From: Candidatus Iainarchaeum sp. | GTDB taxonomy: Archaea > B1Sed10-29 > WALL01 | NCBI GenBank assembly: GCA_021162685.1 | Contig: JAGGYF010000028.1 | Coordinates: 4,699-68,698, forward strand | DNA: 64,000 bases | Direction: 5' to 3' | Part shown: in pieces, positions 9,685 to 18,113 of the stretch | How positions within the stretch are numbered: the stretch's first letter is position 1 | Layout of the letters: every line of letters starts with the position of its first letter | Translations under genes and position numbers: made by a program | Notes under the pieces: generated by a model | Seen by the model: only the letters and a program-made list of their open reading frames with translations | Told to the model about the DNA's origin: nothing | Database searches by the model: none

Positions 9685-10095
9685 ATGGAACTTAACCAAG
9701 TGAAACAGGTCGCTGCAAAGGTGTACAAAGTTGGAAAGGATAGGGTGAAAATCATAGATGAGACAAGGGCAAGAGAAGCAATCACACGTGATGACATACG
9801 ACAACTTGTTAAGGAAAAGGCAATCATAATAAAAAGCAAGAGGGGAACCAGCAGAGGAAGGGCAAGAGTGCTGAAAGCACAGAAGAAGAGGGGAAGAAGA
9901 AAAGGCCCTGGTATGAGAAAGGGAAAGAAAACAGCAAGAGAGAGCAGGAAGAAGAAATGGATAAAAAAGGTAAGAGCACAGAGGAAGAAGTTGAAAGAGA
10001 TAAGACCTGATGATTACAGAAGCAAATACAGGATGGTCAAAGCAGGGTTCTTCAAGAGCGTTAAACATCTTCTATCAGCAATAAAGAAGGAGTAG
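9685..10095 (+). CDS. rpl19e: 50S ribosomal protein L19e
   Basis: L19e family, basic K/R-rich. Confidence 0.9.
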   Translation: MELNQVKQVAAKVYKVGKDRVKIIDETRAREAITRDDIRQLVKEKAIIIKSKRGTSRGRARVLKAQKKRGRRKGPGMRKGKKTARESRKKKWIKKVRAQRKKLKEIRPDDYRSKYRMVKAGFFKSVKHLLSAIKKE

Positions 10096-10620
10096 GTGAC
10101 TTGGATGACTGAAAAAACTACCCATAGGATGCCACTCAAAAGGAGGAGGCTAGGAAAGACTGATTACAGGAAGAGGTTGGCTTTACTTAAATCTGGGAAG
10201 CATAGGTTAGTTGTTAGAGTTAAACCTAGGCAGATTATTGCTCAGATTATAGAATATAACCCAGAAGGAGATAGGGTAGTTATAAGTGCCACATCACTTG
10301 AATTGAAGAAGATGGGTTGGAAACACCATGGGGGGAATGTATGCGCTGCATACCTCACTGGATTGTTATGTGGCAAAAGAGCAAAAGAGAAGGGCATCAC
10401 TGAGGCAGTACTTGACATTGGACTGCACACGCCAGTACACGGCTCAAATGTGTTTGCTACATTAAAGGGTGCAATTGATGCTGGAATGAACATACCTCAC
10501 TCAGAGGATTGCTTCCCATCAGATGAGAGGATAACAGGAAAAACAATTGAGGAATACAGAAAGAACAACATATCAAAAGATGTTGAGGAGATGAAGAAGA
10601 AGATAATGGGTGGTAGGTGA
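10096..10620 (+). CDS. rpl18: 50S ribosomal protein L18
   Basis: L18p/L5e family ([16 protein letters not shown]). Confidence 0.9.
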   Translation: MTWMTEKTTHRMPLKRRRLGKTDYRKRLALLKSGKHRLVVRVKPRQIIAQIIEYNPEGDRVVISATSLELKKMGWKHHGGNVCAAYLTGLLCGKRAKEKGITEAVLDIGLHTPVHGSNVFATLKGAIDAGMNIPHSEDCFPSDERITGKTIEEYRKNNISKDVEEMKKKIMGGR

Positions 10621-11287
10621 TAGGATGGAAAAAAAGGAAGAAGAAAAGGGTATTGAATGGGTGCCAAAAACAAGGACAGGAAGGATGGTACTTAATGGAG
10701 AGATTACAACACTTGAACAGATATACAGTAGAAATCTCCCCCTCCTTGAACCAGAAATTGTTGATATGCTCGTTCCAGACCTGAAGGAAGAAGTACTTGA
10801 CATAAAAACTGTACAAAGAACAACAGACTCTGGAAGGAAGATGAGATTCTTGGCAACAGTCGTTGTTGGTAATAAGGATGGTTATGTTGGAGTAGGCATA
10901 GGCAAAGGAGCAAATGTTAGGCCTGCAATAGAAAGGGCAACGAGAAATGCCAAACTCAATATCATTCACATACAAAGAGGATGTGGCTCATGGGAGTGTG
11001 GCTGTGGAACACCTCACTCTGTGCCATATAAAGTTGAAGGAAAATCTGGATCTGTAAGAGTTATACTCATCCCTGCACCAAAGGGAACAGGAATTGTTGC
11101 TGGAAAGAAAGCAAAAAAGGTTTTAGAACTTGCTGGGATAAAGGATGTTTGGAGTAAAACATTTGGAGATCCAAGAACCACATTCAATTTCGCAATGGCA
11201 ACATTGGATGCGCTCAGAAATATAAGAAGGATGAAGATTGAAAAGCCGACAGAGGTGACAGAACATGAAGCGAGTAGCAGTAATTAA
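10610..11287 (+). CDS. rps5: 30S ribosomal protein S5
   Basis: S5 dsRBD plus C-terminal domain ([17 protein letters not shown]). Confidence 0.9.
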   Translation: MVGDRMEKKEEEKGIEWVPKTRTGRMVLNGEITTLEQIYSRNLPLLEPEIVDMLVPDLKEEVLDIKTVQRTTDSGRKMRFLATVVVGNKDGYVGVGIGKGANVRPAIERATRNAKLNIIHIQRGCGSWECGCGTPHSVPYKVEGKSGSVRVILIPAPKGTGIVAGKKAKKVLELAGIKDVWSKTFGDPRTTFNFAMATLDALRNIRRMKIEKPTEVTEHEASSSN

Positions 11288-11732
11288 GGTCAGGAGCAAC
11301 ATTGGTGTGCCGAAAGCAGTAAGGGACACTATGAAAATGCTTAATCTGACAAGGGTTAATCATTGCGTTGTCATTGATGATAGAAAAAGTTATAAGAACA
11401 TGCTACAGAAAGCAAAAGATTATATCACATGGGGAGAGATAACAGAGGACACCTTCTATAAAATGCTTGAGAAGAGGGGGAGAGCAAAAGGAAACAAGCG
11501 TATAGATGACAAATACATAAAAGAACACTCAAAATTCAAAACAATGAAAGAATTTGTCAAAGCATTCATGAACTTTGAAGCAGAGATTAATGATGTTGAT
11601 GGACTAAAAAAGGTGTTTAGATTATCCCCACCAAGAGGAGGATATAAATCAATAAAAAAGAGCTTTGCAAACAGAGGTGCATTGGGATATCGGGGAAGCA
11701 AGATAAATGAGCTCATTGAGAAGATGATATGA
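11265..11732 (+). CDS. rpl30: 50S ribosomal protein L30 (L7e)
   Basis: [25 protein letters not shown] ferredoxin-like L30 domain. Confidence 0.9.
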   Translation: MKRVAVIKVRSNIGVPKAVRDTMKMLNLTRVNHCVVIDDRKSYKNMLQKAKDYITWGEITEDTFYKMLEKRGRAKGNKRIDDKYIKEHSKFKTMKEFVKAFMNFEAEINDVDGLKKVFRLSPPRGGYKSIKKSFANRGALGYRGSKINELIEKMI

Positions 11733-11741
11733 GGTGGTCTG

Positions 11742-12137
11742 ATGCCAAGAAAAAAGAGGAAGATAAACAAACACAGAGGAACTAGGACGTGTGGGAGAGG
11801 TAAAAAAGGGTCTAGGAGAAAAAGTAGTGGGAAAGGTATGGCTGGTGCACACAAGCACAAATGGACATGGATAATAAAAAATAAACCAGACCACTTCGGA
11901 AGCGAGAGCATGAAACCAATAAAGAAGAAAATGAAGGCAATAAACATAGATTATATAAATGAGTTAGCACTAACTAGAAAAATGAAGGAGATTGATGTTG
12001 CCTCTATTGGATATGAAAAGGTACTTGGCAGGGGGAAATTATCAACTCCAATAAAGGTTGTGGCAAAGGCGTTTACAGCTGCCGCAAAAGAGAAGATTGA
12101 AAAAGCTGGTGGAGAAGCAATAATAAAGGGATCCTGA
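11742..12137 (+). CDS. rpl15: 50S ribosomal protein L15
   Basis: L15 family (KRKINKHRGTRTCGRGKK). Confidence 0.9.
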   Translation: MPRKKRKINKHRGTRTCGRGKKGSRRKSSGKGMAGAHKHKWTWIIKNKPDHFGSESMKPIKKKMKAINIDYINELALTRKMKEIDVASIGYEKVLGRGKLSTPIKVVAKAFTAAAKEKIEKAGGEAIIKGS

Positions 12138-13663
12138 TGGCACTTGAATTCCTGGACCCAATAATAAAGATGCTTCCAGAGGTGAAGAAGCCAATACAAA
12201 TGCCTAGTTTTAAGACTAGGATGATGTGGGTTGCCGCAGCACTTATCATATTCTTTGTTCTTGGTCAAATCTCCCCAATTGGACTGCTCAGCCCATCAAG
12301 ATTGGAAAAGATAAAAATGCAGAATCCTGTACTCTATGAACAATTGGCACAACAGAGGCAGGACGTGCTAAACAGAGTAAGCTATCTGGAAAGTGTACAG
12401 ACAATACTTGCATCAAAGATTGGATCAATAGCAACACTAGGTATTGGACCAATTGTTATGGCATCCATTATACTACAACTGCTTGTTGGTGCAGAACTAT
12501 TAAAGATAGATAAGCAAAGGTACCAAGGAGTACAGAAACTCTTTGCTATTCTGTTCTGTTTCTTTGAAGCAGCCATATATGTATATAGTGGTTTTCTACC
12601 TGTTGAACCGTCTGGTATAACCCTCCTCCCATTGCCTCTTCTAGCACAATTCTTTGAGTTGAACAAACTACTCGTTCTTATACAGATAGCATTTGGCTCC
12701 ATCCTTCTTCTGTACCTGGATGAGGTTGTATCAAAATGGGGATTTGGTTCAGGTATAGGGTTGTTCATTGTTGCTGGTGTATCCCAGGGGATTATGTACA
12801 GAAGCCTCAATCCAAACACAGGATTGATCCCAACATTCATTAATCAGATAATGGAGGCTGGAACATTAAATTTTGACCTTTTGGCTCCTCTGCTCTTTAC
12901 AATCATTGTATTCCTCGTTGTTGTGTTCTTTGAGGCGATGAGAATAGAGATCCCACTCACACTTGGCAGAATAAGGGGCGTTGGTGGCAGATATCCGCTA
13001 AAATTCCTATACGTCTCAAACCTTCCTGTCATCCTTGCTGCTGCACTATTTGCCAATGTTGTGTTATTTGCCAGTGTGTTTAATAACCTTGGTTACCCCA
13101 TTCTGGGAACATTCGGAGAAAACGGAATGCCACTACCAAAGTTTTCCATAAGTACTGACCCACATAACATATCTATACCAATAGCATGGATGGTTAGGGC
13201 GCCATATGGTATTCTTGGAAGTGGTAGTGCAATACAGCAATACATCTTGGACCCTGCTGTAAGAGTACTTGGGTTGATCCCACTTGAACTAATACATCTT
13301 GTAGTGTATGCAATACTGCTCATGGGCACTTGTGTTATTTTTGGAAAGTTCTGGGTTGAAACAACAGGCATGGACGCCTCCGCAGTTGCTGAACAACTAC
13401 AAAGCGTTGGATTTAGTGTTCCTGGATTCCGAAGAGATAAAAGGGTAATTGAACGTGTATTAGAGCGATATATACCTATGATAACTATTTTGGGTTCGCT
13501 TGCAGTTGGAGCGTTGGCTGCTGGTGCAGATGTTACTGGCGCACTTGGTACAGGTACTGGAATCCTTTTGAGCGTCGGTATATTGTATAGATTGTATGAA
13601 CAATTAGCAAGCTCCCAACTTATGGAGATGTACCCAGGATTAAAAGGGTTCTTTGGTGGATAA
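12137..13663 (+). CDS. secY: preprotein translocase subunit SecY
   Basis: 10-TM SecY/Sec61alpha; canonical position after L15; 508 aa is slightly long for archaeal SecY. Confidence 0.9.
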   Translation: MALEFLDPIIKMLPEVKKPIQMPSFKTRMMWVAAALIIFFVLGQISPIGLLSPSRLEKIKMQNPVLYEQLAQQRQDVLNRVSYLESVQTILASKIGSIATLGIGPIVMASIILQLLVGAELLKIDKQRYQGVQKLFAILFCFFEAAIYVYSGFLPVEPSGITLLPLPLLAQFFELNKLLVLIQIAFGSILLLYLDEVVSKWGFGSGIGLFIVAGVSQGIMYRSLNPNTGLIPTFINQIMEAGTLNFDLLAPLLFTIIVFLVVVFFEAMRIEIPLTLGRIRGVGGRYPLKFLYVSNLPVILAAALFANVVLFASVFNNLGYPILGTFGENGMPLPKFSISTDPHNISIPIAWMVRAPYGILGSGSAIQQYILDPAVRVLGLIPLELIHLVVYAILLMGTCVIFGKFWVETTGMDASAVAEQLQSVGFSVPGFRRDKRVIERVLERYIPMITILGSLAVGALAAGADVTGALGTGTGILLSVGILYRLYEQLASSQLMEMYPGLKGFFGG

Positions 13664-13665
13664 TT

Positions 13666-14169
13666 ATGATGGAAATACTCGGTATAAAACTTGTGTATCC
13701 AACTGCAACAGCCATAGTCATATGTACTGCTTGTGGTATCTCTATCTTCTCAGCACTCATGCACAGGAAGATGGTGGACAGAAAGAGGATGGATGAGATA
13801 AGGAAGAGGATAGAAACCCACCAGAAAGAGTATCTTGAAGCACAAAAAGCAGGTGACAAAAAGAAGATGAGTAAATTAGAGCAGGAGCAAGCAGAGATAC
13901 TTGGACTTGTCAAGCAGAATATGATGAACTCTATGAAACCAACATTGTTCACAATGCCACTCGTCCTTCTCGTTATATGGTATCTTGGTGCACAGTATGG
14001 CGCGATGGGTCCCCTCATTGACCTTCCTTTTGGAATACCTTTCCTAACAAAGAGTGTAGCTGAAACAGGCATTATAAATGGTGTGGATTGGTTTGGATTA
14101 TATCTTGTTTCAGCAATAACAACTGGGTTGCTCATTGAGCTTGTATTAAGGCGTATCATGAAAAGGTGA
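13666..14169 (+). CDS. DUF106 family membrane protein (archaeal YidC/Oxa1/EMC3-like insertase candidate)
   Basis: 3-TM architecture with a charged coiled-coil segment between TM1 and TM2; DUF106 is commonly found next to secY in archaea. Confidence 0.7.
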   Translation: MMEILGIKLVYPTATAIVICTACGISIFSALMHRKMVDRKRMDEIRKRIETHQKEYLEAQKAGDKKKMSKLEQEQAEILGLVKQNMMNSMKPTLFTMPLVLLVIWYLGAQYGAMGPLIDLPFGIPFLTKSVAETGIINGVDWFGLYLVSAITTGLLIELVLRRIMKR

Positions 14170-14173
14170 TTCT

Positions 14174-14383
14174 ATGAAATGCGCGATATGTGGTGCAAAA
14201 CTGCATGGAGTATCAAATAAGGGCTCAAAAACACAGAAAAGACCAACAAGGATATTTGCAGGTGTTTTATGCCACAGATGCGTAAGGGAGTTAGTTACAA
14301 TAAAAACAAGGATTAAAAATAACACGATAAAGGAAGAAGATGTTGACCCGCGTTTTATCCCTTATCTAAAACAGATGAAGTAA
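14174..14383 (+). CDS. rpl34e: 50S ribosomal protein L34e
   Basis: CAICGAKLHGV...CHRCVRE zinc-ribbon typical of L34e; conserved L34e-cmk-L14e neighbourhood. Confidence 0.8.
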   Translation: MKCAICGAKLHGVSNKGSKTQKRPTRIFAGVLCHRCVRELVTIKTRIKNNTIKEEDVDPRFIPYLKQMK

Positions 14384-14384
14384 T

Positions 14385-14945
14385 ATGATCATTGTTATTG
14401 CCTCCCAGCACGGTGCAGGAAAAACCACATTGATGAACTTGTTGTCAAAACGATTTCCACAACTGAGAGTATTGGAGATGGGAAAGAAATTTAGAGAACT
14501 TGCGATGAAGAGAGGTATGAGCATAGAGGATTTCTCAAAGTATCTGAGTGAGCATCCAGAGGAAAGCGAAAAAATAGACAGAGAGATGGATAGGTGGCAA
14601 AAAGAACAAATAGAAGAAGGGGACATAATGATAAATAGCAACCTGGGAGCAATGGTTGCAAACAATGCAGACATTAAAGTGTTGCTTGTCTGCCCATTGG
14701 ACGTGAGAGCGAAAAGGGTCTTTGAGAAGCAGAGAGAAGGGGACAGAAAAGCAACATCAATTGAGCAAGTGAAACAAAACCTATTAGAAAGGGACAGAAG
14801 CGACAGGGAAAGATATCTAAGATTGTATAACTTTGATATGTTTGATAAAAAACATTACGATATCATACTAAATACTGCTGAAATGACTCCTGAAGAAGAG
14901 GTTGAAACTATCATAAAAGAGCTGAAGAGGAGGTCATTGATATGA
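14385..14945 (+). CDS. cmk: cytidylate kinase (archaeal type)
   Basis: P-loop [11 protein letters not shown]; archaeal Cmk family; conserved position. Confidence 0.85.
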   Translation: MIIVIASQHGAGKTTLMNLLSKRFPQLRVLEMGKKFRELAMKRGMSIEDFSKYLSEHPEESEKIDREMDRWQKEQIEEGDIMINSNLGAMVANNADIKVLLVCPLDVRAKRVFEKQREGDRKATSIEQVKQNLLERDRSDRERYLRLYNFDMFDKKHYDIILNTAEMTPEEEVETIIKELKRRSLI

Positions 14946-15157
14946 TGTTTGATATAGGAAGGGTTTGCGTAAAGAAGACAGGTAGGGAAGCAGGAAAAAA
15001 ATGTGTAGTTGTGGATGTAATTGACCAGAACTTTGTTTTGATTGATGGAGAAGTAAAGAGAAGAAGATGTAATATATTGCACCTTGAACCAACCACGCAG
15101 AAACTAGATATAAAGAAGGGCGCATCAACAGAAGAAGTGAAGGCAGCCCTTAAATAA
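14942..15157 (+). CDS. rpl14e: 50S ribosomal protein L14e
   Basis: KOW-type L14e ([23 protein letters not shown]). Confidence 0.85.
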   Translation: MMFDIGRVCVKKTGREAGKKCVVVDVIDQNFVLIDGEVKRRRCNILHLEPTTQKLDIKKGASTEEVKAALK

Positions 15158-15159
15158 TT

Positions 15160-16050
15160 ATGATTGAATTTAGAAAAGAAACACCGATCAAACACGATTT
15201 TGATAGGATTAAGTGTAGTTTTGTTGCTATTGATAAACCTGCTGGGCCATCATCGCATGAAGTAACTGCATGGGTTAAGAAGATTCTAGATGTAAAGAAA
15301 GCAGGGCATGCTGGTACGTTAGACCCAAACGTTACAGGAGTTTTACCCATAGCAATTGGAAAGGCGACAAAACTTTTGCAGGCATTGGCAAAATGCGATA
15401 AGGAATATGTATGCATAGCTAAGTTTGATAGGCAACCAGATAACATTGAGCAGTATTTTAAAGAATTTACTGGAAAATTTTATCAAACACCTCCAAAGGA
15501 GAGTGCTGTAAAAAAACGCATGAGAGTGAGAAGAATATACGAACTCAGGATATTGGAAAAGGAAGACACAAGGGTTCTTTTCTATGTAAAATGCCAGCAT
15601 GGAACATACATAAGAACATTATGTTCGGATATAGGAGAGGTCATGGGAAATCCATGCAAAATGGAAGAACTCAGGAGAATAAGGGCTGGGCCATTTGATG
15701 AAAAGGATTGCTGTACGTTGCACGAATTAAAGGATTTTGGTCCAGAGAGATGTCTGTTACCTCCTGAGAAAGGTGTTTCCCACCTAAAGAGGATGATTGT
15801 ATCAAATAATGCTGTGTCCGCAGTGTGCCATGGAGCAAACCTTGCAAAGGCGGGTGTTGTTGCTATTGATGAGAACATTGAAAAAGGAGAGATGATAGCA
15901 CTAATGACTGTAAGTAATGAATTGATTGGATTAGGAAAAGCACTGAAGTCAACCAATGAGATCGTAGAATCAAAAAAGGGCTTTGTTTGCTCACCTATAT
16001 CCATAATCATGCCAAAAGATATATACCCAAAGAAGTGGAAGCATGGCTGA
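15160..16050 (+). CDS. cbf5: tRNA/rRNA pseudouridine synthase Cbf5 (H/ACA RNP catalytic subunit)
   Basis: TruB motif GHAGTLDPNVTGVLP plus C-terminal PUA domain. Confidence 0.9.
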   Translation: MIEFRKETPIKHDFDRIKCSFVAIDKPAGPSSHEVTAWVKKILDVKKAGHAGTLDPNVTGVLPIAIGKATKLLQALAKCDKEYVCIAKFDRQPDNIEQYFKEFTGKFYQTPPKESAVKKRMRVRRIYELRILEKEDTRVLFYVKCQHGTYIRTLCSDIGEVMGNPCKMEELRRIRAGPFDEKDCCTLHELKDFGPERCLLPPEKGVSHLKRMIVSNNAVSAVCHGANLAKAGVVAIDENIEKGEMIALMTVSNELIGLGKALKSTNEIVESKKGFVCSPISIIMPKDIYPKKWKHG

Positions 16051-16633
16051 GCACTATTTTACTGAGGAACCTACAAGTAAATTAAGAAAGAAAACGATCA
16101 TCATAGAAGTAAATGGAAAAATGTTGGAACTAGAAACTGCGTCTGGTGTTTTTTCATTCGGAAAGCCAGATACTGGTACACTGACATTAATAAGGTACAT
16201 GGAACTCCCAAAACATGGAAAGATTTTGGACATAGGATGTGGCTACGGAATCATAGGGATTGTTGCTGCACTTGAAACAGATTGTGATGTTACAATGAGC
16301 GATGTAAACAAAAGGGCATTGATGCTTGCAAAGAAAAACGCAAAAATGAATGGAGTTAATGTTAGAATTGTCCATAGTAATCTATTTGAAAACATTAACG
16401 AGATGTTTGAGTGTATACTATCAAACCCTCCAATATCTGCTGGAAAGGATATTGTTTTCAAACTGATAGAACAATCATTTGAACATCTGAACAAGGATGG
16501 AACATTACAGATTGTAGCAAGATCGAAAAAAGGAGGGAGAAGTATAAAACAGAAGATGGAAGAGGTATTTGGAAACGTAGAAACTATAGGGAGGCAATCT
16601 GGTTTCCATGTGTATAAATCTATAAAGTATTAA
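16043..16633 (+). CDS. class I SAM-dependent methyltransferase (RsmC/MJ0882-like)
   Basis: LDIGCGYGIIG SAM-binding motif I and NPP catalytic motif (ILSNPPIS). Confidence 0.7.
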   Translation: MAEHYFTEEPTSKLRKKTIIIEVNGKMLELETASGVFSFGKPDTGTLTLIRYMELPKHGKILDIGCGYGIIGIVAALETDCDVTMSDVNKRALMLAKKNAKMNGVNVRIVHSNLFENINEMFECILSNPPISAGKDIVFKLIEQSFEHLNKDGTLQIVARSKKGGRSIKQKMEEVFGNVETIGRQSGFHVYKSIKY

Positions 16634-16715
16634 TAGAGCAAAACACAAAAGGTATGAGGTTTCGGGATACACCTGCTACTACCATAGAAATCATTGAAGC
16701 TGGGGTCGCATAGGC

Positions 16716-16764
16716 CCAAATTACATATGGGCGTTCGTAGTGGGATACAAGATCCCACTATTAG
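16716..16764 (+). repeat. conserved structured element C1: CCAAATTACATATGG-GCGTTCGTA-GTGGGAT/ACAAG/ATCCCAC hairpin-TATTAG
   Basis: Near-identical copies at 36438-36480 and 36553-36603; the copy 3 hairpin differs by compensatory changes; lies about 10 nt upstream of tRNA-Ser. Confidence 0.6.
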
Positions 16765-16774
16765 AAAACCATAA

Positions 16775-16858
16775 GCTGGGGTCGCATAGCCTGGTAGTGC
16801 GCAGGCCTGGAGAGCCTGTTTCCTTCGGGATGCGTGGGTTCAAATCCCACCCCCAGCG
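16775..16858 (+). tRNA. tRNA-Ser (anticodon GGA)
   Basis: Manual fold: acceptor GCUGGGG/CCCCAGC, D-stem GCAU/GUGC, anticodon stem CAGGC/GCCUG with loop CUGGAGA, 15-nt variable arm with UUCG tetraloop, T-arm GUGGG-UUCAAAU-CCCAC, discriminator G. Confidence 0.85.
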
Positions 16859-16952
16859 CTCTACTACTGGAGCTAATAGCGCCAAGAGAACCAAAAGCAA
16901 TATAAACAATTATTGTATAAACTTATAACGTATAATTTTATAAGGTGATTGA

Positions 16953-17225
16953 ATGGCAACTGCTCAGCAAGTACTGCATTATCCAAGGCTTGACACCGTG
17001 CTCATGATAGAAGATGCAATAAAGAAGGCAGGGGAGTATCCAACGAAAACACAACTGTGGAGAAGCCTTCCGAGGCAGGTGATGTACCGCACCTTCAACC
17101 TAGTTCTTGATTACTTGGAAAGTTCTGGGAAGATTTTGATTGACACAGATGGGAGGATTGTCTGGGTGTTTGCCGACAACCCAAAGCTCAGGAAACTTAT
17201 CAAGGAAAGTGTGAAGGTGCGCTGA
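16953..17225 (+). CDS. putative antitoxin (small protein co-oriented and overlapping the downstream toxin gene)
   Basis: 90 aa; stop overlaps the start of the RelE/ParE-like ORF in classic TA arrangement; preceded by TATA-like tataattttataagg and SD ggtga. Confidence 0.5.
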   Translation: MATAQQVLHYPRLDTVLMIEDAIKKAGEYPTKTQLWRSLPRQVMYRTFNLVLDYLESSGKILIDTDGRIVWVFADNPKLRKLIKESVKVR

Positions 17226-17569
17226 TGTACAGCGTGAAGCTGAGCCCAGAATTCAACAAAGAGTTTGCGAAGCTGCAGCAAAGAGCAGAGAAAGGTGGCG
17301 GAGAGGCCACTTATCTCATGAAAATAGTCAACAAAGGAATCTCAAGGATTGCCACGAAACTCACTGTAGGAAAGAAAGTTCCCAAAAAGCTCTGGCCAAA
17401 AGGATACATCAAAAAGTATGGCATAACTAACCTCTGGAAACTGGACTTGGACAAGCACTGGCGGATGCTTTACACGATAACCGGAGACCAGGCAGAACTC
17501 ATTGGAATCGTTCTGGATGTTATGGACCACAAGAAGTACGATAGGAAATTTGGGTACAAGACCAGCTAA
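17225..17569 (+). CDS. RelE/ParE-family toxin-like protein
   Basis: C-terminal pattern LWKLDLDKHWRMLYTITGDQAELIGIVLDVMDHKKY resembles the RelE/YoeB/ParE core (W/RxxY...Y.V..D...I....H..Y). Confidence 0.55.
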   Translation: MYSVKLSPEFNKEFAKLQQRAEKGGGEATYLMKIVNKGISRIATKLTVGKKVPKKLWPKGYIKKYGITNLWKLDLDKHWRMLYTITGDQAELIGIVLDVMDHKKYDRKFGYKTS

Positions 17570-17703
17570 CTCTTGGCACCGCTATACGGCATAGCGTAGC
17601 ACCTGGCAATTTTCCCATAAAATTGCGTGCCCCAGCGCTCTTTAAAGAACGTAATTCAATATAAATTGTTACAAATTATGATTGGTGGTGGAATGACCCA
17701 GGT

Positions 17704-17938
17704 TGTCGTAACACTAAACAAGGAACTAGATAAAGTAGTGGGCATAATTAAAAGCATGTACGGTTTCTCATCCAAGAACAAAGCAATACAATTCATAATC
17801 AGGAGGGAAGCTGAGGAGCTTCTTGAGAAAGAACTAAGACCTGAGTTCGTGCAGAGGATATTGAGGTTGGAGAGAACTGGTAGGTTTAAGAAGTATGCTT
17901 CTTTAGATGAATTAAGGGATGAGGTAGAGTATGCATAA
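17704..17938 (+). CDS. small ribbon-helix-helix-like DNA-binding protein (orphan antitoxin-like)
   Basis: MTQVVVTLNKELDKVVGIIKSMYGFSSKNKAIQFII is an RHH-like N-terminus; start taken at the internal ATG because the upstream part of the ORF covers the direct repeat. Confidence 0.4.
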
Positions 17939-18113
17939 GCTTAGTTAAATTCTACGACTTTGACCACCATGATAAGGTGTATAAGAAGTAAATGCTCAAT
18001 TTGTATCACTACTAGGGACGGTCCACAGCGCTCTACTGTTGGATTTTTCAAATATAATTGCAATGCAACTGTTTCCCAAATATATTTAAATACTATTACA
18101 TAGGAAAAAACTG

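Larger units (their letters stand above)
16859..18041. mobile_element. tRNA-Ser-associated mini-island (integrase-less remnant) carrying a toxin-antitoxin module
   Basis: Direct repeats of the tRNA-Ser 3' end: CCCCAGCGCTCT at 16851-16862 and 17630-17641, CAGCGCTCTACT at 16855-16866 and 18026-18037; visibly GC-richer codon usage than neighbours; no integrase gene. Confidence 0.45.

Noticed and set aside
16699-16858. The upstream 15-nt copy of the tRNA-Ser 5' end considered as exon 1 of an intron-containing tRNA-Ser (a 76-nt intron)
   Set aside because: The downstream copy already forms a complete, uninterrupted cloverleaf. An intron would have to contain a full duplicate of its own exon, and no BHB motif is evident. 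A duplication or integration scar is more parsimonious.
16721-16928. ORFs 16721..16909 (-) and 16740..16928 (+) of 62 aa
   Set aside because: They overlap tRNA-Ser and the C-element and are ORF-finder artefacts.
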